Shown here: positions 34,633-42,257 of the stretch, one piece after another | How the letters are laid out: each line of letters begins with the position of its first letter | Numbering within the stretch: position 1 is the first letter of the stretch | Assembly: GCA_021814005.1 (NCBI GenBank) | Contig: JAKAJC010000001.1 | Coordinates: 5,379-69,378 of the forward strand | DNA length: 64,000 nucleotides | Direction: 5' to 3' | Source: Candidatus Micrarchaeota archaeon | GTDB lineage: Archaea; Micrarchaeota; Micrarchaeia; Anstonellales; Anstonellaceae | Notes under the pieces: generated by a model | What the model was told of the DNA's origin: nothing | The model's database searches: none | The model's input: only the letters and a program-made list of their open reading frames with translations | Made by a program: the position numbers and the translations under genes

Positions 34633-34959
34633 ATGCCCATTCCGAAGAACCGCGCGCCCTCGGTGCGCAAGATAAAATACCGCACTCCGTCCGGCGAGAG
34701 CCGCGTGCGCTACCGCCGCCGTGTAAAGGGCGGCATCCACAAATGCGCCCTCTCGGGCGAGAAGCTCACAGGAGTGACGTCGGTGCGCGGCCTCTCGGCC
34801 AGCAAGCATCGGCCCAACCGCCCCTTCGGCGGCCGCCTCAGCCCCTCGGCCAGCAGGCGCGTCATCATCTTCCGCAGCAGACTGGCCTCGAACGCCATCA
34901 CCATCGACGAAGTGCCGGTGGAGCTGCTGCCCTACATGCGCACAAACGCCAAGAAGTGA
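34633..34959 (+). CDS. rpl34e: 50S ribosomal protein eL34
   Basis: 'RKIKYRTPSGESRVRYRRRVKGGIHKCALSGEKL'. Confidence 0.9.
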   Translation: MPIPKNRAPSVRKIKYRTPSGESRVRYRRRVKGGIHKCALSGEKLTGVTSVRGLSASKHRPNRPFGGRLSPSASRRVIIFRSRLASNAITIDEVPVELLPYMRTNAKK

Positions 34960-34970
34960 AGCTTGAGAAA

Positions 34971-35537
34971 ATGCCAAGCGCTTCCCCTTTCCCCGGCTCG
35001 AATATCCCTGGCTCATCTGAAATAATCGCAATTTCGGGTTTGGCCGGCTCTGGAAAAAACACAATCGGGGGCGAAGTGGCGAAAAAGCTGGCTTTTCGAA
35101 ATGTTGAGCCGACCTTCAAAACATTGGCCGCCCGCGAGGGCATAACGCTGATGGAATTTCAGGAAAAGGCGAAAAAAGACGCCAACATCGACAAAAAATT
35201 CGACGCCGCGCTCCAAGAGGAATGCTCGGGGGGAAAATGCGTGGTTGCGACCTGGCTTGGGCCGTGGATGGCGCCGGGCCGTCCTTTTCGCGTGTGGCTC
35301 GATGTGAGCGAAAAAATCAGGGCAGCGCGGCTGGCCAAGCGCGAAAACATTTCGGAGGCCGACGCGCTTGCGCACATCAAAAAACGCGACGCCGACAACC
35401 GCGGGCGTTATAAGAAAGTTTACAAAATAGACATATACAATCATGCGGGATTTGATTTGGTTCTGGATGCGTCGGAGAAAAGTCCGGCGCAGCTGGCAGA
35501 CGAAATTATCCTCGCTTACTATAAGAGGTTGATTTGA
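34971..35537 (+). CDS. cmk: Cytidylate kinase, archaeal type
   Basis: 'IIAISGLAGSGKNTIG' P-loop and 'VWLDVSEKIRAARLAKRENIS'; synteny. The 356-aa track ORF over-extends. Confidence 0.85.
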   Translation: MPSASPFPGSNIPGSSEIIAISGLAGSGKNTIGGEVAKKLAFRNVEPTFKTLAAREGITLMEFQEKAKKDANIDKKFDAALQEECSGGKCVVATWLGPWMAPGRPFRVWLDVSEKIRAARLAKRENISEADALAHIKKRDADNRGRYKKVYKIDIYNHAGFDLVLDASEKSPAQLADEIILAYYKRLI

Positions 35538-35738
35538 ATGAGCGCTATTGGTGTTGGTCGTGTTTGCATAAAGACCGCCGGCCGCGATGCCGGACAGAAC
35601 TGCGTCATCACAAAAGTGATTGACTCAACATTTGTTGAGATTAAGAGCCGCGCGCGCAAGAAGGCGCGCCGCTGCTCCATTCGGCACCTCGAGCCCACCG
35701 ACGTTGTGGTAAGCTCGCCCGAGCAGTTCGGCGCATGA
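35538..35738 (+). CDS. rpl14e: 50S ribosomal protein eL14
   Basis: 'IGVGRVCIKTAGRDAGQNCVITKVID...IRHLEPTD' KOW-like eL14. Confidence 0.85.
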   Translation: MSAIGVGRVCIKTAGRDAGQNCVITKVIDSTFVEIKSRARKKARRCSIRHLEPTDVVVSSPEQFGA

Positions 35739-35756
35739 GCATAAACGAGTAATCAC

Positions 35757-36677
35757 ATGCTCGAATCTCTTTTTTCCATTTCCCCTTTTCTTTTCGCCGC
35801 TGGCGCGGCCGTCGGCATGGCCGGCTGGAACCTGATTAACCGTCATATTTTGCGCTACGAAAAAGACTACATGGCAGTTGCGGCAGTGAATGAGAATTTG
35901 TCGGCCGCCATGATTTTGCTTGCAATTTTAGTTTTGGGCGGCGGATGGCTTTCTGTTGAACAAAATACTGTGGCTGCTCCATCCGCTGGCTGGTTCGGAA
36001 TTCCGTTTATTGCGTGGGCCGCTTTTGCAATCTCTCTTGTTCTCTACTGTTTCTCGGGCATCATCAATTACCGCATCGGACAGCTTGTGGACGCCTCCGA
36101 GCGCACTGTCGTCAGCCAGCTGCAAATCGTGTGGGTGGTGGCTCTCGGGGCGCTGCTCCTGGGAGAGCCTGTCGGGCCGGTGAAATTGGCGGCAGCCGGA
36201 TGCATCATTGTTGGCGCGATTATTGCGACGTACAAGCCCGGCCGCCATCACTGGAAATCATACGGCGTGCGCCTCGCTGCGCTGGTGGCTATCATCTGGG
36301 GCACCACGGGCCTGAGCGACAAGGTGGCGATGGGATATTTCCCGCCGCTTCTCTATTCCCTGCCGTTGTATCTGGCACCTGGCCTGATTGCGCTGGCCCT
36401 GCTGAACAAAAACAGGGTGGGGAGGATGAAGGCCGCATGGAAACGCTACGGGCTCAAGTTCGTGCTTTTCTCCGCCGTTGCGACCGTGCCGTTCTTTTTC
36501 TACATCATCGCCCTGCGCGGGCTGCCGGCCTCGGTGGCAGTGCCGCTGATTAGCATCAACATAGTTCTCACGGCGCTGGGCGGCGTGCTGTTTTTGGGCG
36601 AGCGCGACGGCTGGCAGCAGAAAATAGCCGGCGCGCTGCTGGCATTTGTCGGCGCATGGATGATTGGGGGCGTATGA
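35757..36677 (+). CDS. EamA/DMT-family transporter (10 TM)
   Basis: Two EamA-like repeats of 5 TM each; hydrophobic throughout. Confidence 0.7.
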   Translation: MLESLFSISPFLFAAGAAVGMAGWNLINRHILRYEKDYMAVAAVNENLSAAMILLAILVLGGGWLSVEQNTVAAPSAGWFGIPFIAWAAFAISLVLYCFSGIINYRIGQLVDASERTVVSQLQIVWVVALGALLLGEPVGPVKLAAAGCIIVGAIIATYKPGRHHWKSYGVRLAALVAIIWGTTGLSDKVAMGYFPPLLYSLPLYLAPGLIALALLNKNRVGRMKAAWKRYGLKFVLFSAVATVPFFFYIIALRGLPASVAVPLISINIVLTALGGVLFLGERDGWQQKIAGALLAFVGAWMIGGV

Positions 36678-36681
36678 GAAT

Positions 36682-37545
36682 ATGGGAAAAACTGCCTCAA
36701 CAAAACTTGACGAGCTGCTCAACTGCTCATTCATTATTCTTGACAAGCCGCGCGGACCATCTTCGCACGAGGTTACGGCTCACATCAGAAAATTATTGGG
36801 CGTGAAAAAAGTCGGACAGATGGGCACGCTGGACCCCAAAGTTTCCGGCGTGATAATTGTAGGTGTGGGCAAGGCAGTGAGACTTCTTCGATTTGTTGAC
36901 ACTGACAAGAAAACATATGTCGGCGTGATGAGAACAAGAAAAACACCAGCATCGCTCGAGGAGATGCAGGCGGAATTCGACAAATTTGTCGGAAAAATCA
37001 CCCAAACGCCGCCCAAAGAGTCCGCCGTGGCCAAGAGGGCGCGTCGACGAAAGGTTTATGAACTTAGGGCACGAGATATAGTCGTTAATACCACGCTATT
37101 TGAATCCATCGTCGAGGCAGGCACCTATATCCGGGTGCTCTGCGAGGCGGTTGGCAGGCGTTTTGGCGAAGGCAGGATGATTGAGCTGCGGCGCACCGCC
37201 GTCGGCTCTTTTGACGAGGCCCAAGCCGTACGTTTGAGCGACATCGCCGATGCGGTGTGGCAATTCAAAGAGCGAAAAAATGCAGTGCCGCTGCAGAAAA
37301 TCCTGCTGCCGGCGCAAAAACTGCTCCACCTCTCCCCGCTGTATGTGGCGGATGCTGCCGTGGACGCGATCGGTCGCGGGGCGCCTCTGGCGCTTTCCGG
37401 TGTGACCGGCGCCGAGGCTGGCATTGAATCGGGAAGCTGGGTGCAGGTGAAGACGAAGAATGAACGGCTCGTCGCCATCGCACGAATCGAGAAGGGCCAA
37501 ATTTGGCCCAAAGTCGTGCTGGAAGACGCGGCCGGCCTGAGATGA
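36682..37545 (+). CDS. cbf5: tRNA/rRNA pseudouridine synthase Cbf5 (TruB family, C-terminal PUA domain)
   Basis: 'ILDKPRGPSSHEV' and 'GTLDPKVSGV' (catalytic Asp), with a PUA-like C-terminus. Confidence 0.9.
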   Translation: MGKTASTKLDELLNCSFIILDKPRGPSSHEVTAHIRKLLGVKKVGQMGTLDPKVSGVIIVGVGKAVRLLRFVDTDKKTYVGVMRTRKTPASLEEMQAEFDKFVGKITQTPPKESAVAKRARRRKVYELRARDIVVNTTLFESIVEAGTYIRVLCEAVGRRFGEGRMIELRRTAVGSFDEAQAVRLSDIADAVWQFKERKNAVPLQKILLPAQKLLHLSPLYVADAAVDAIGRGAPLALSGVTGAEAGIESGSWVQVKTKNERLVAIARIEKGQIWPKVVLEDAAGLR

Positions 37546-37577
37546 AGCTAATGAATAAATGCATGGGAGGGGAGCGA

Positions 37578-37714
37578 GCCGGGATCGCATAACCTGGTAG
37601 TGCGCACGCCTGGAAGAAACCTTTTCTTTTCCAAAGAAAAGCTTTCATGGAAAAGAAATTTTCCTGTCAGCGTGTGCCCGCAAGGGCTTGTGGGTTCAAA
37701 TCCCTCTCCCGGCG
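37578..37714 (+). tRNA. tRNA-Ser(GGA) with 53-nt intron at 37/38 (intron 37616-37668)
   Basis: Hand fold: acceptor GCCGGGA/TCCCGGC, G73, D-arm GCAT..GTGC with GG in the loop, anticodon stem CACGC/GCGTG, loop CU-GGA-A[intron]A, long variable arm GCCC-GCAA-GGGC, T-arm GTGGG-TTCAAAT-CCCTC. A relaxed BHB is possible (central helix 37610-13/37663-66 with one U-U mismatch). Confidence 0.8.
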
Positions 37715-37751
37715 TCCCAATCCTATTCACGAAAAAAATCGGTGATGATTA

Positions 37752-38513
37752 ATGGCTGAAAAAAGCGAACACAAAGACAGCGCGCCCAAATCCGCGGGCG
37801 CTCCGAAAACACCCAAGCCGGCGGCAGCGCCGAGCGCGCCGCGCCCGCAGGGCGGAAGGCCGCAGATTGCGCCGCAGACTCTCCCGCTCTCGGCGAGCGG
37901 GAAGGAAATCCGCGGTATCGTGCGCCTGGCAGGCCGCGACCTGAAAGGTCAGTGGACTCTGCCCCGCTCGATTCGCTCCATCCGCGGCATCGGCGTAAAT
38001 CTTGGCCAGGTGATGGCCCGCACAATTTTGCAGACTCTCAAAGTCGGCCCCAAGACAATGGTCGGCGAGCTCGAAGAGCCGCAGGTGAGAAAAGTCGAGG
38101 AAATTCTCTCCCACCCCGAGAAATTCGGTGTTCCGGCTTACATGCTCAACCGCCAGCGCGAGTTCCAGACAAACGAGACGCACCATCTCATCGCAACAGA
38201 CTTGGGCTTCGCGGTCAAGACAGACATCGAGCACGAAAAAGACTCTTACACCTGGCGGGGTTACCGCCATGCGTATGGACAGAAAGTGCGCGGACAGCAC
38301 ACACGCAGCACGGGCCGCTCCGGAATGACGGTCGGTGTGCTGAGGAAAGCTGTCATTGCCAAGGCAGGCGCGGACGCCAAGAGCGCCGGCGCAGGCGCAC
38401 AGGCAGCCGCACAAGCTACTGACAAGGGCAAGGCAGCCGGAGCATCCGGCGCCGCTGCGCCAAAGGCCGAGAAGGCCGCCCCCGCCGCCAAGCCGGCCGA
38501 GGCCAAAAAGTAA
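37752..38513 (+). CDS. rps13: 30S ribosomal protein uS13 (long Ala/Pro/Lys-rich N- and C-terminal extensions)
   Basis: Core 'IRGIVRLAGRDLKGQWTLPRSIRSIRGIG...WRGYRHAYGQKVRGQHTRSTGR'. 253 aa versus about 150 typical. Confidence 0.9.
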   Translation: MAEKSEHKDSAPKSAGAPKTPKPAAAPSAPRPQGGRPQIAPQTLPLSASGKEIRGIVRLAGRDLKGQWTLPRSIRSIRGIGVNLGQVMARTILQTLKVGPKTMVGELEEPQVRKVEEILSHPEKFGVPAYMLNRQREFQTNETHHLIATDLGFAVKTDIEHEKDSYTWRGYRHAYGQKVRGQHTRSTGRSGMTVGVLRKAVIAKAGADAKSAGAGAQAAAQATDKGKAAGASGAAAPKAEKAAPAAKPAEAKK

Positions 38514-38528
38514 AGCAGGTGATGATTC

Positions 38529-39134
38529 ATGGGCGACCCAAAGAAAATGGTACCCAAGGCCGAGGCCCCGCGACGCGTGTGGGACCCCGAGCGCATTAAG
38601 ACAGAGCACACTCTCCGCCGCGAGTACGGTTTGCGCCGCACCCGCGAGCTGTGGTCGACGCTTTCCGAGCTCAAGAAATTCCGCCGCTCGGCGCGTCATT
38701 TGCTCAACTTGGGCGAGGCAGGACGCGACAAGAGCCAGCAGATTATCGGCAAGCTCCAACGCTTGGGCATCGCCAAGAGCGACATGCGCCTCGAGGACAT
38801 CCTGGGCCTGAGCGTCCGCGATTTGCTCGAGCGCCGCCTCCAGACACTTGTAATCAAGAAGGGCCTCGCGCGCACGCCGAAGCAGGCGCGCCAGCTCATC
38901 GTGCACGGCTTTATCGCCGTCGGCGGCAGGCGCGTCACCATTCCATCGTATATGGTGACATCTGCCGAGGAGCCCACAATTTCATATTGCAAGGCCATTG
39001 ACATCGAGCCCCCGCAGCCGGTTGCCGCGCCCAAAACAGGCGTTGCAGCAGCCAAGGCGGCCCGCTCAAAGATGGCTGAGGGCGCAGAGCCCGTCGAATC
39101 CCCCGCGTCCGCAGAGGCGCCGGCGGCCGCTTGA
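38529..39134 (+). CDS. rps4: 30S ribosomal protein uS4
   Basis: '[18 protein letters not shown]' and the S4 domain '[37 protein letters not shown]'. Confidence 0.95.
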   Translation: MGDPKKMVPKAEAPRRVWDPERIKTEHTLRREYGLRRTRELWSTLSELKKFRRSARHLLNLGEAGRDKSQQIIGKLQRLGIAKSDMRLEDILGLSVRDLLERRLQTLVIKKGLARTPKQARQLIVHGFIAVGGRRVTIPSYMVTSAEEPTISYCKAIDIEPPQPVAAPKTGVAAAKAARSKMAEGAEPVESPASAEAPAAA

Positions 39135-39147
39135 TTAGGTGATATTC

Positions 39148-39741
39148 ATGGCTAAGGAAGAGAAAACCAAAGAAGAGAAGCCGGCCGCAAAAGAGGAGAA
39201 GGCAAAAGAGACAAAGGTAGAAACACCTGCCGCTCCCGTCGCATCGACTGCTCCGGCCGCACCCGCAACACCGGGCGCTGCACCTGCAGCTGGTACGACA
39301 CCAGCCGCGCCCGGAGCAGCTCCGGCACCCGGCGCTCCGGCATTTATCCCCCGCGGCCCTATCCGCTGGGGTATCTGCCATGTGTATTCTTCAAAAAATG
39401 ACACGATTATCACAATCACCGACATTTCCGGCGCCGAGACAATCGCCAAGGCGTCGGGCGGCATGATAGTCAAGTCTGACCGCGAAGAGGGCAAGCCCTA
39501 CGCGGCCATGCAGTCCACAATAAAGGCGGTCGCCGAGGCGAAAAACCGCGGCATCACCGGACTGCACATCCGCATCCGCGCACCGGGGGGCCACGGCACA
39601 AAAACGCCCGGCTCCGGCGCGCAGGCAGTGGTGCGCACAGTCGCCCGCCAGGGCGTGCGCATCGGCAAAATCGAGGACGTGACACCGATTCCGACCGACA
39701 CCACGAAGCGGCCGGGCGGACGCAGAGGACGGCGTGTGTAA
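39148..39741 (+). CDS. rps11: 30S ribosomal protein uS11 (about 70-aa Lys/Glu/Ala/Pro-rich N-terminal extension)
   Basis: Core '[19 protein letters not shown]...[10 protein letters not shown]'; ATG at 39148. Confidence 0.95.
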   Translation: MAKEEKTKEEKPAAKEEKAKETKVETPAAPVASTAPAAPATPGAAPAAGTTPAAPGAAPAPGAPAFIPRGPIRWGICHVYSSKNDTIITITDISGAETIAKASGGMIVKSDREEGKPYAAMQSTIKAVAEAKNRGITGLHIRIRAPGGHGTKTPGSGAQAVVRTVARQGVRIGKIEDVTPIPTDTTKRPGGRRGRRV

Positions 39742-39754
39742 GGAGGTCGGGACT

Positions 39755-40354
39755 ATGGACATATCGATAGGATCCGAGGACAACCGGCGCATGGCTTTCA
39801 GCCTGTCTGGAGCCCGCACCGGCTTTGCCAATCTCGTGCGCCGCTACTCTATGAATCAGGTGCCGGTTTTCGCCGTCGACAAAGTCACGGTTTACGAAAA
39901 CACCAGCACGCTGTTCGACGAGTACATCTCGCACCGCATCGGCCTTGTGCCCCTGCGCTCTCCCGCGGGAGTGAAAAGCGACGAGGAAGCGCTCTTCACG
40001 CTCGAGGCGTCGGGACCCGCCGTGATTTACTCGGGCCAGCTTTCCTCGGGCCATGACAAAATCAAGGTGGCAACCGAGAAAATTCCGCTGCTCCAACTCT
40101 TGCAGGACCAGAACCTGCGGCTTGAAGCCAAGGCGCTCTCCGGCATAGGCCGCAAGCACGCCAAATGGCAGGCCGGCCTCGCCTCTTACGAGATGGCGAA
40201 CGGCGAGTTCAAGTTCAAGGTCGAGAGCTTCATGCAGATGCCGCCCCGCGACATGCTGGGCCGCGCCGCAGACCTTCTCGAGCAGAAATGCGAGGAAATG
40301 GAGGAAGGCCTCAAGGGCGTCAAGTCCGCGGCCAAGAAAAAGAAGGAGGACTAG
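39755..40354 (+). CDS. rpoD: DNA-directed RNA polymerase subunit D (Rpo3), compact form without a Cys-rich Fe-S domain
   Basis: 'GFANLVRRYSMNQVPVFAVDKVTVYENTSTLFDEYISHRIGLVPL'; synteny after rps11. Only one Cys in 199 aa. Confidence 0.85.
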   Translation: MDISIGSEDNRRMAFSLSGARTGFANLVRRYSMNQVPVFAVDKVTVYENTSTLFDEYISHRIGLVPLRSPAGVKSDEEALFTLEASGPAVIYSGQLSSGHDKIKVATEKIPLLQLLQDQNLRLEAKALSGIGRKHAKWQAGLASYEMANGEFKFKVESFMQMPPRDMLGRAADLLEQKCEEMEEGLKGVKSAAKKKKED

Positions 40355-40375
40355 ATGCACTATATCCCATTGCAT

Positions 40376-40460
40376 GCAGGGGTAGCAAAGCTTGGTCAAA
40401 TGCGCTAGCTTGAGGGGCTAGTGTCTTAGGACTTCGTGGGTTCAAATCCCTCCCCCTGCA
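40376..40460 (+). tRNA. tRNA-Leu(GAG)
   Basis: Acceptor GCAGGGG/CCCCTGC, A73, 3-bp D stem, anticodon stem CTAGC/GCTAG, loop TT-GAG-GG, long variable arm (GTC-TTAG-GAC), T-arm GTGGG-TTCAAAT-CCCTC. Confidence 0.85.
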
Positions 40461-40463
40461 AGC

Positions 40464-40491
40464 TTTTTTCTTTTCTGCGGAAAAGAAAAAA
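40464..40491 (+). terminator. Perfect 12-bp hairpin TTTTTTCTTTTC-tgcg-GAAAAGAAAAAA directly after tRNA-Leu
   Basis: Read directly from the sequence. It begins 4 nt after the tRNA discriminator base, and the T-run could act as an archaeal terminator. Confidence 0.5.
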
Positions 40492-40571
40492 CCTTGGAAA
40501 AAAGAAAGAAAATGTGAAAAGAAATCGATGTAAAAATCCAAAATCAAAATCATATTGAATGGTGAATTCAC

Positions 40572-40886
40572 ATGGCAGACAAGAAAAAATCATCCAAACC
40601 ATCGCCCTTCTGGGCGCGCGTGCAGGAGCTGCTGGACAAGCCCCGCAGACAGAAGCAGGGCATGAACCTCAGCCGCCTCGCCGCGCTCACAAAGGCCGGC
40701 CAGACTGTTGTCGTTGCCGACAAGATTCTGGGCGCCGGAGAAATCAAGCACGCCATCACGGTGGCAGCGCCGGCGTTCAGCCAGAGCGCGAAGCTCGTCA
40801 TTTCCAAGTCGGGCGGTTCCGTCATCAGCCTCGAGAAGCTGCAGGCGCAGAACCCGACGGGCAAGGACGTGCGCATACTTATCTAG
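40572..40886 (+). CDS. rpl18e: 50S ribosomal protein eL18
   Basis: 'NLSRLAALTKAGQTVVVADKILGAGEI...'; synteny. Confidence 0.9.
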   Translation: MADKKKSSKPSPFWARVQELLDKPRRQKQGMNLSRLAALTKAGQTVVVADKILGAGEIKHAITVAAPAFSQSAKLVISKSGGSVISLEKLQAQNPTGKDVRILI

Positions 40887-40896
40887 GGTGAAACAT

Positions 40897-41322
40897 ATGC
40901 AAGTCATCAACGCACAAGGACTGATTATGGGCCGCCTGGCCACAAAGGTAGCCAAGATGCTGCTCGCCGGCGAGGAAGTCATGGTGGTGGGCGTGTCCGA
41001 CGCTGTCGTTACAGGCAGTTTGAGCCAGCACGTTGCCAACCTCAACTCGCTCAAGCACCAGAAGCGCAAGACAAATCCGGAGCACTCGCCCAAATACCCG
41101 CGCGTGCCCCACATGATGTTCAAGCGCGTGGTTCGCGGCATGCTGCCCAAGAAAACAAGCCGCGGCCGCGAAGCGCTCCACAGACTTAAGGCTTTCTCGG
41201 AAATTCCGGAGAAGTTCGACATGAAGACGGCCACGACATTCAAGGAATTTGCAAAACGGCCGGCCCGCAGCACCACGCTGGGGGCGATTTGCCGCGCGTT
41301 CAGCTACAAGCCGGCGGCATAA
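40897..41322 (+). CDS. rpl13: 50S ribosomal protein uL13
   Basis: 'VINAQGLIMGRLATKVAKMLLAGEEV' and 'MFKRVVRGMLPKKTSRG'; ATG at 40897. Confidence 0.95.
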   Translation: MQVINAQGLIMGRLATKVAKMLLAGEEVMVVGVSDAVVTGSLSQHVANLNSLKHQKRKTNPEHSPKYPRVPHMMFKRVVRGMLPKKTSRGREALHRLKAFSEIPEKFDMKTATTFKEFAKRPARSTTLGAICRAFSYKPAA

Positions 41323-41333
41323 ATTCGGGTGAT

Positions 41334-41771
41334 ATGATGACCACTACAAAGAAATCCTCCAAGGCCAAGAAAAAGGGCGGCATCGTCGTGCGCGGCAAGC
41401 GCAAGGAGTCGATTGCCAAGGCCACGGTTGTAAAGGGCAAGGGCATGGTGCGCGTAAACTCGCTCCTGCTCGAGGCCATTCCCAACCGCTACGCCCGCGA
41501 GCTTATCGCCGAACCCATCAACATGGCGCCCGAAGTTGCGGGCGGCGTTGACATTTCGGTGACAGTGCGCGGCGGCGGCCAGATGGGCCAGGCGCAGGCG
41601 GCCAGAATGTCGGTTGCCCGCGCTCTTGTCGAGTATTCGCAGGACCCGGTGCTCAAGGCAAAAATGATTGAGCGCGACCGCTTCCTGCTTGCAGAGGACT
41701 CACGCCGTGTCGAGCCCAAGAAATATCTGGGCCCCAAGGCGCGCGCGAGATTCCAGAAATCATACCGTTAA
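41334..41771 (+). CDS. rps9: 30S ribosomal protein uS9
   Basis: 'GKRKESIAKATVVKGKGMVRVN' and the C-terminal 'GPKARARFQKSYR'. Confidence 0.95.
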   Translation: MMTTTKKSSKAKKKGGIVVRGKRKESIAKATVVKGKGMVRVNSLLLEAIPNRYARELIAEPINMAPEVAGGVDISVTVRGGGQMGQAQAARMSVARALVEYSQDPVLKAKMIERDRFLLAEDSRRVEPKKYLGPKARARFQKSYR

Positions 41772-41812
41772 GCTGACAGAGTGCAATGAACGACGATGTT
41801 TGAGGTGGATGG

Positions 41813-42010
41813 ATGTACTTCCCTGTGCGATGTTTCACCTGCGGCGCCCCGATCGGGGACCTGTGGGAGGATTACGAAGGCAAGGTCAAGGGCGGAACCA
41901 AGCCCGCGGCCGCGCTCAACGAGCTGGAAGTGGAACGCTTCTGCTGCCGGCGCATGTTCCTCTCGCACGTGAACATCATGGACAAAATCGTCAAATACAC
42001 CAAGATGTAG
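41813..42010 (+). CDS. rpoN: DNA-directed RNA polymerase subunit N (Rpo10)
   Basis: 'PVRCFTCGAPIG...ERFCCRRM' zinc-binding Rpb10 signature. Confidence 0.95.
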   Translation: MYFPVRCFTCGAPIGDLWEDYEGKVKGGTKPAAALNELEVERFCCRRMFLSHVNIMDKIVKYTKM

Positions 42011-42037
42011 GGGGCGAGATGAGAATACCGCATTTAC

Positions 42038-42149
42038 GGGGCCATGGGCTAACCTGGTAGACTACGTGCTTGGGGTGCACGTGATCCGAGTGTGGATCTG
42101 ATCCCGTCATGGGATTCCTCCACCGGGAATTCAAATCTCGGTGGCCCCA
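42038..42149 (+). tRNA. tRNA-Pro(GGG) interrupted by a 39-nt non-canonical intron in the T-arm (between nt 53/54; intron 42091-42129)
   Basis: Acceptor GGGGCCA/TGGCCCC, A73, D-loop AACCTGGTA, anticodon stem CGTGC/GCACG, loop TT-GGG-GT. The T-stem CCGAG (42086-90) pairs perfectly with CTCGG (42137-41) only after the intron is removed, which restores the TTCAAAT loop. In the BHB fold, both junctions fall after the second nt of 3-nt bulges separated by a 4-bp helix. The D-stem is weak (one C-A mismatch, two G-U pairs). Confidence 0.75.
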
Positions 42150-42257
42150 ATTTATTGTCATAATAAAATGAAAACAACCAAGCCGTTCCGAAAGTAACCG
42201 GCCTTCGTAAAGTTGGTCGAGCGATTTGCGGGCTCCTTGGAAAACTGGTGAAAAACT

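Noticed and set aside
33854-35537. Over-extended track ORFs (33854-34582, 34467-35537; also 20807, 23730, 23957, 24915, 40708, 41289, 56919-58229)
   Set aside because: Their upstream parts overlap the preceding conserved gene in another frame. Homology and the SD motifs start at internal ATGs, which I used in the feature table.
42038-42149. Alternative reading as an unspliced tRNA-His-like molecule (G-1:C73, T-arm CGGGA-ATTCAAA-TCTCG)
   Set aside because: The anticodon loop reads GGG (Pro), not GTG. That fold leaves about 40 nt unaccounted for between the anticodon and T arms. The intron-excised fold gives a perfect T-arm, a canonical TTCAAAT loop and a BHB motif.
40355-42257. Missing rpoK between rpoN and rps2 as a possible hidden small ORF
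   Set aside because: The rpoN-rps2 gap is occupied by tRNA-Pro plus 108 nt with no Rpo6-like frame. rpoK is presumably encoded elsewhere.
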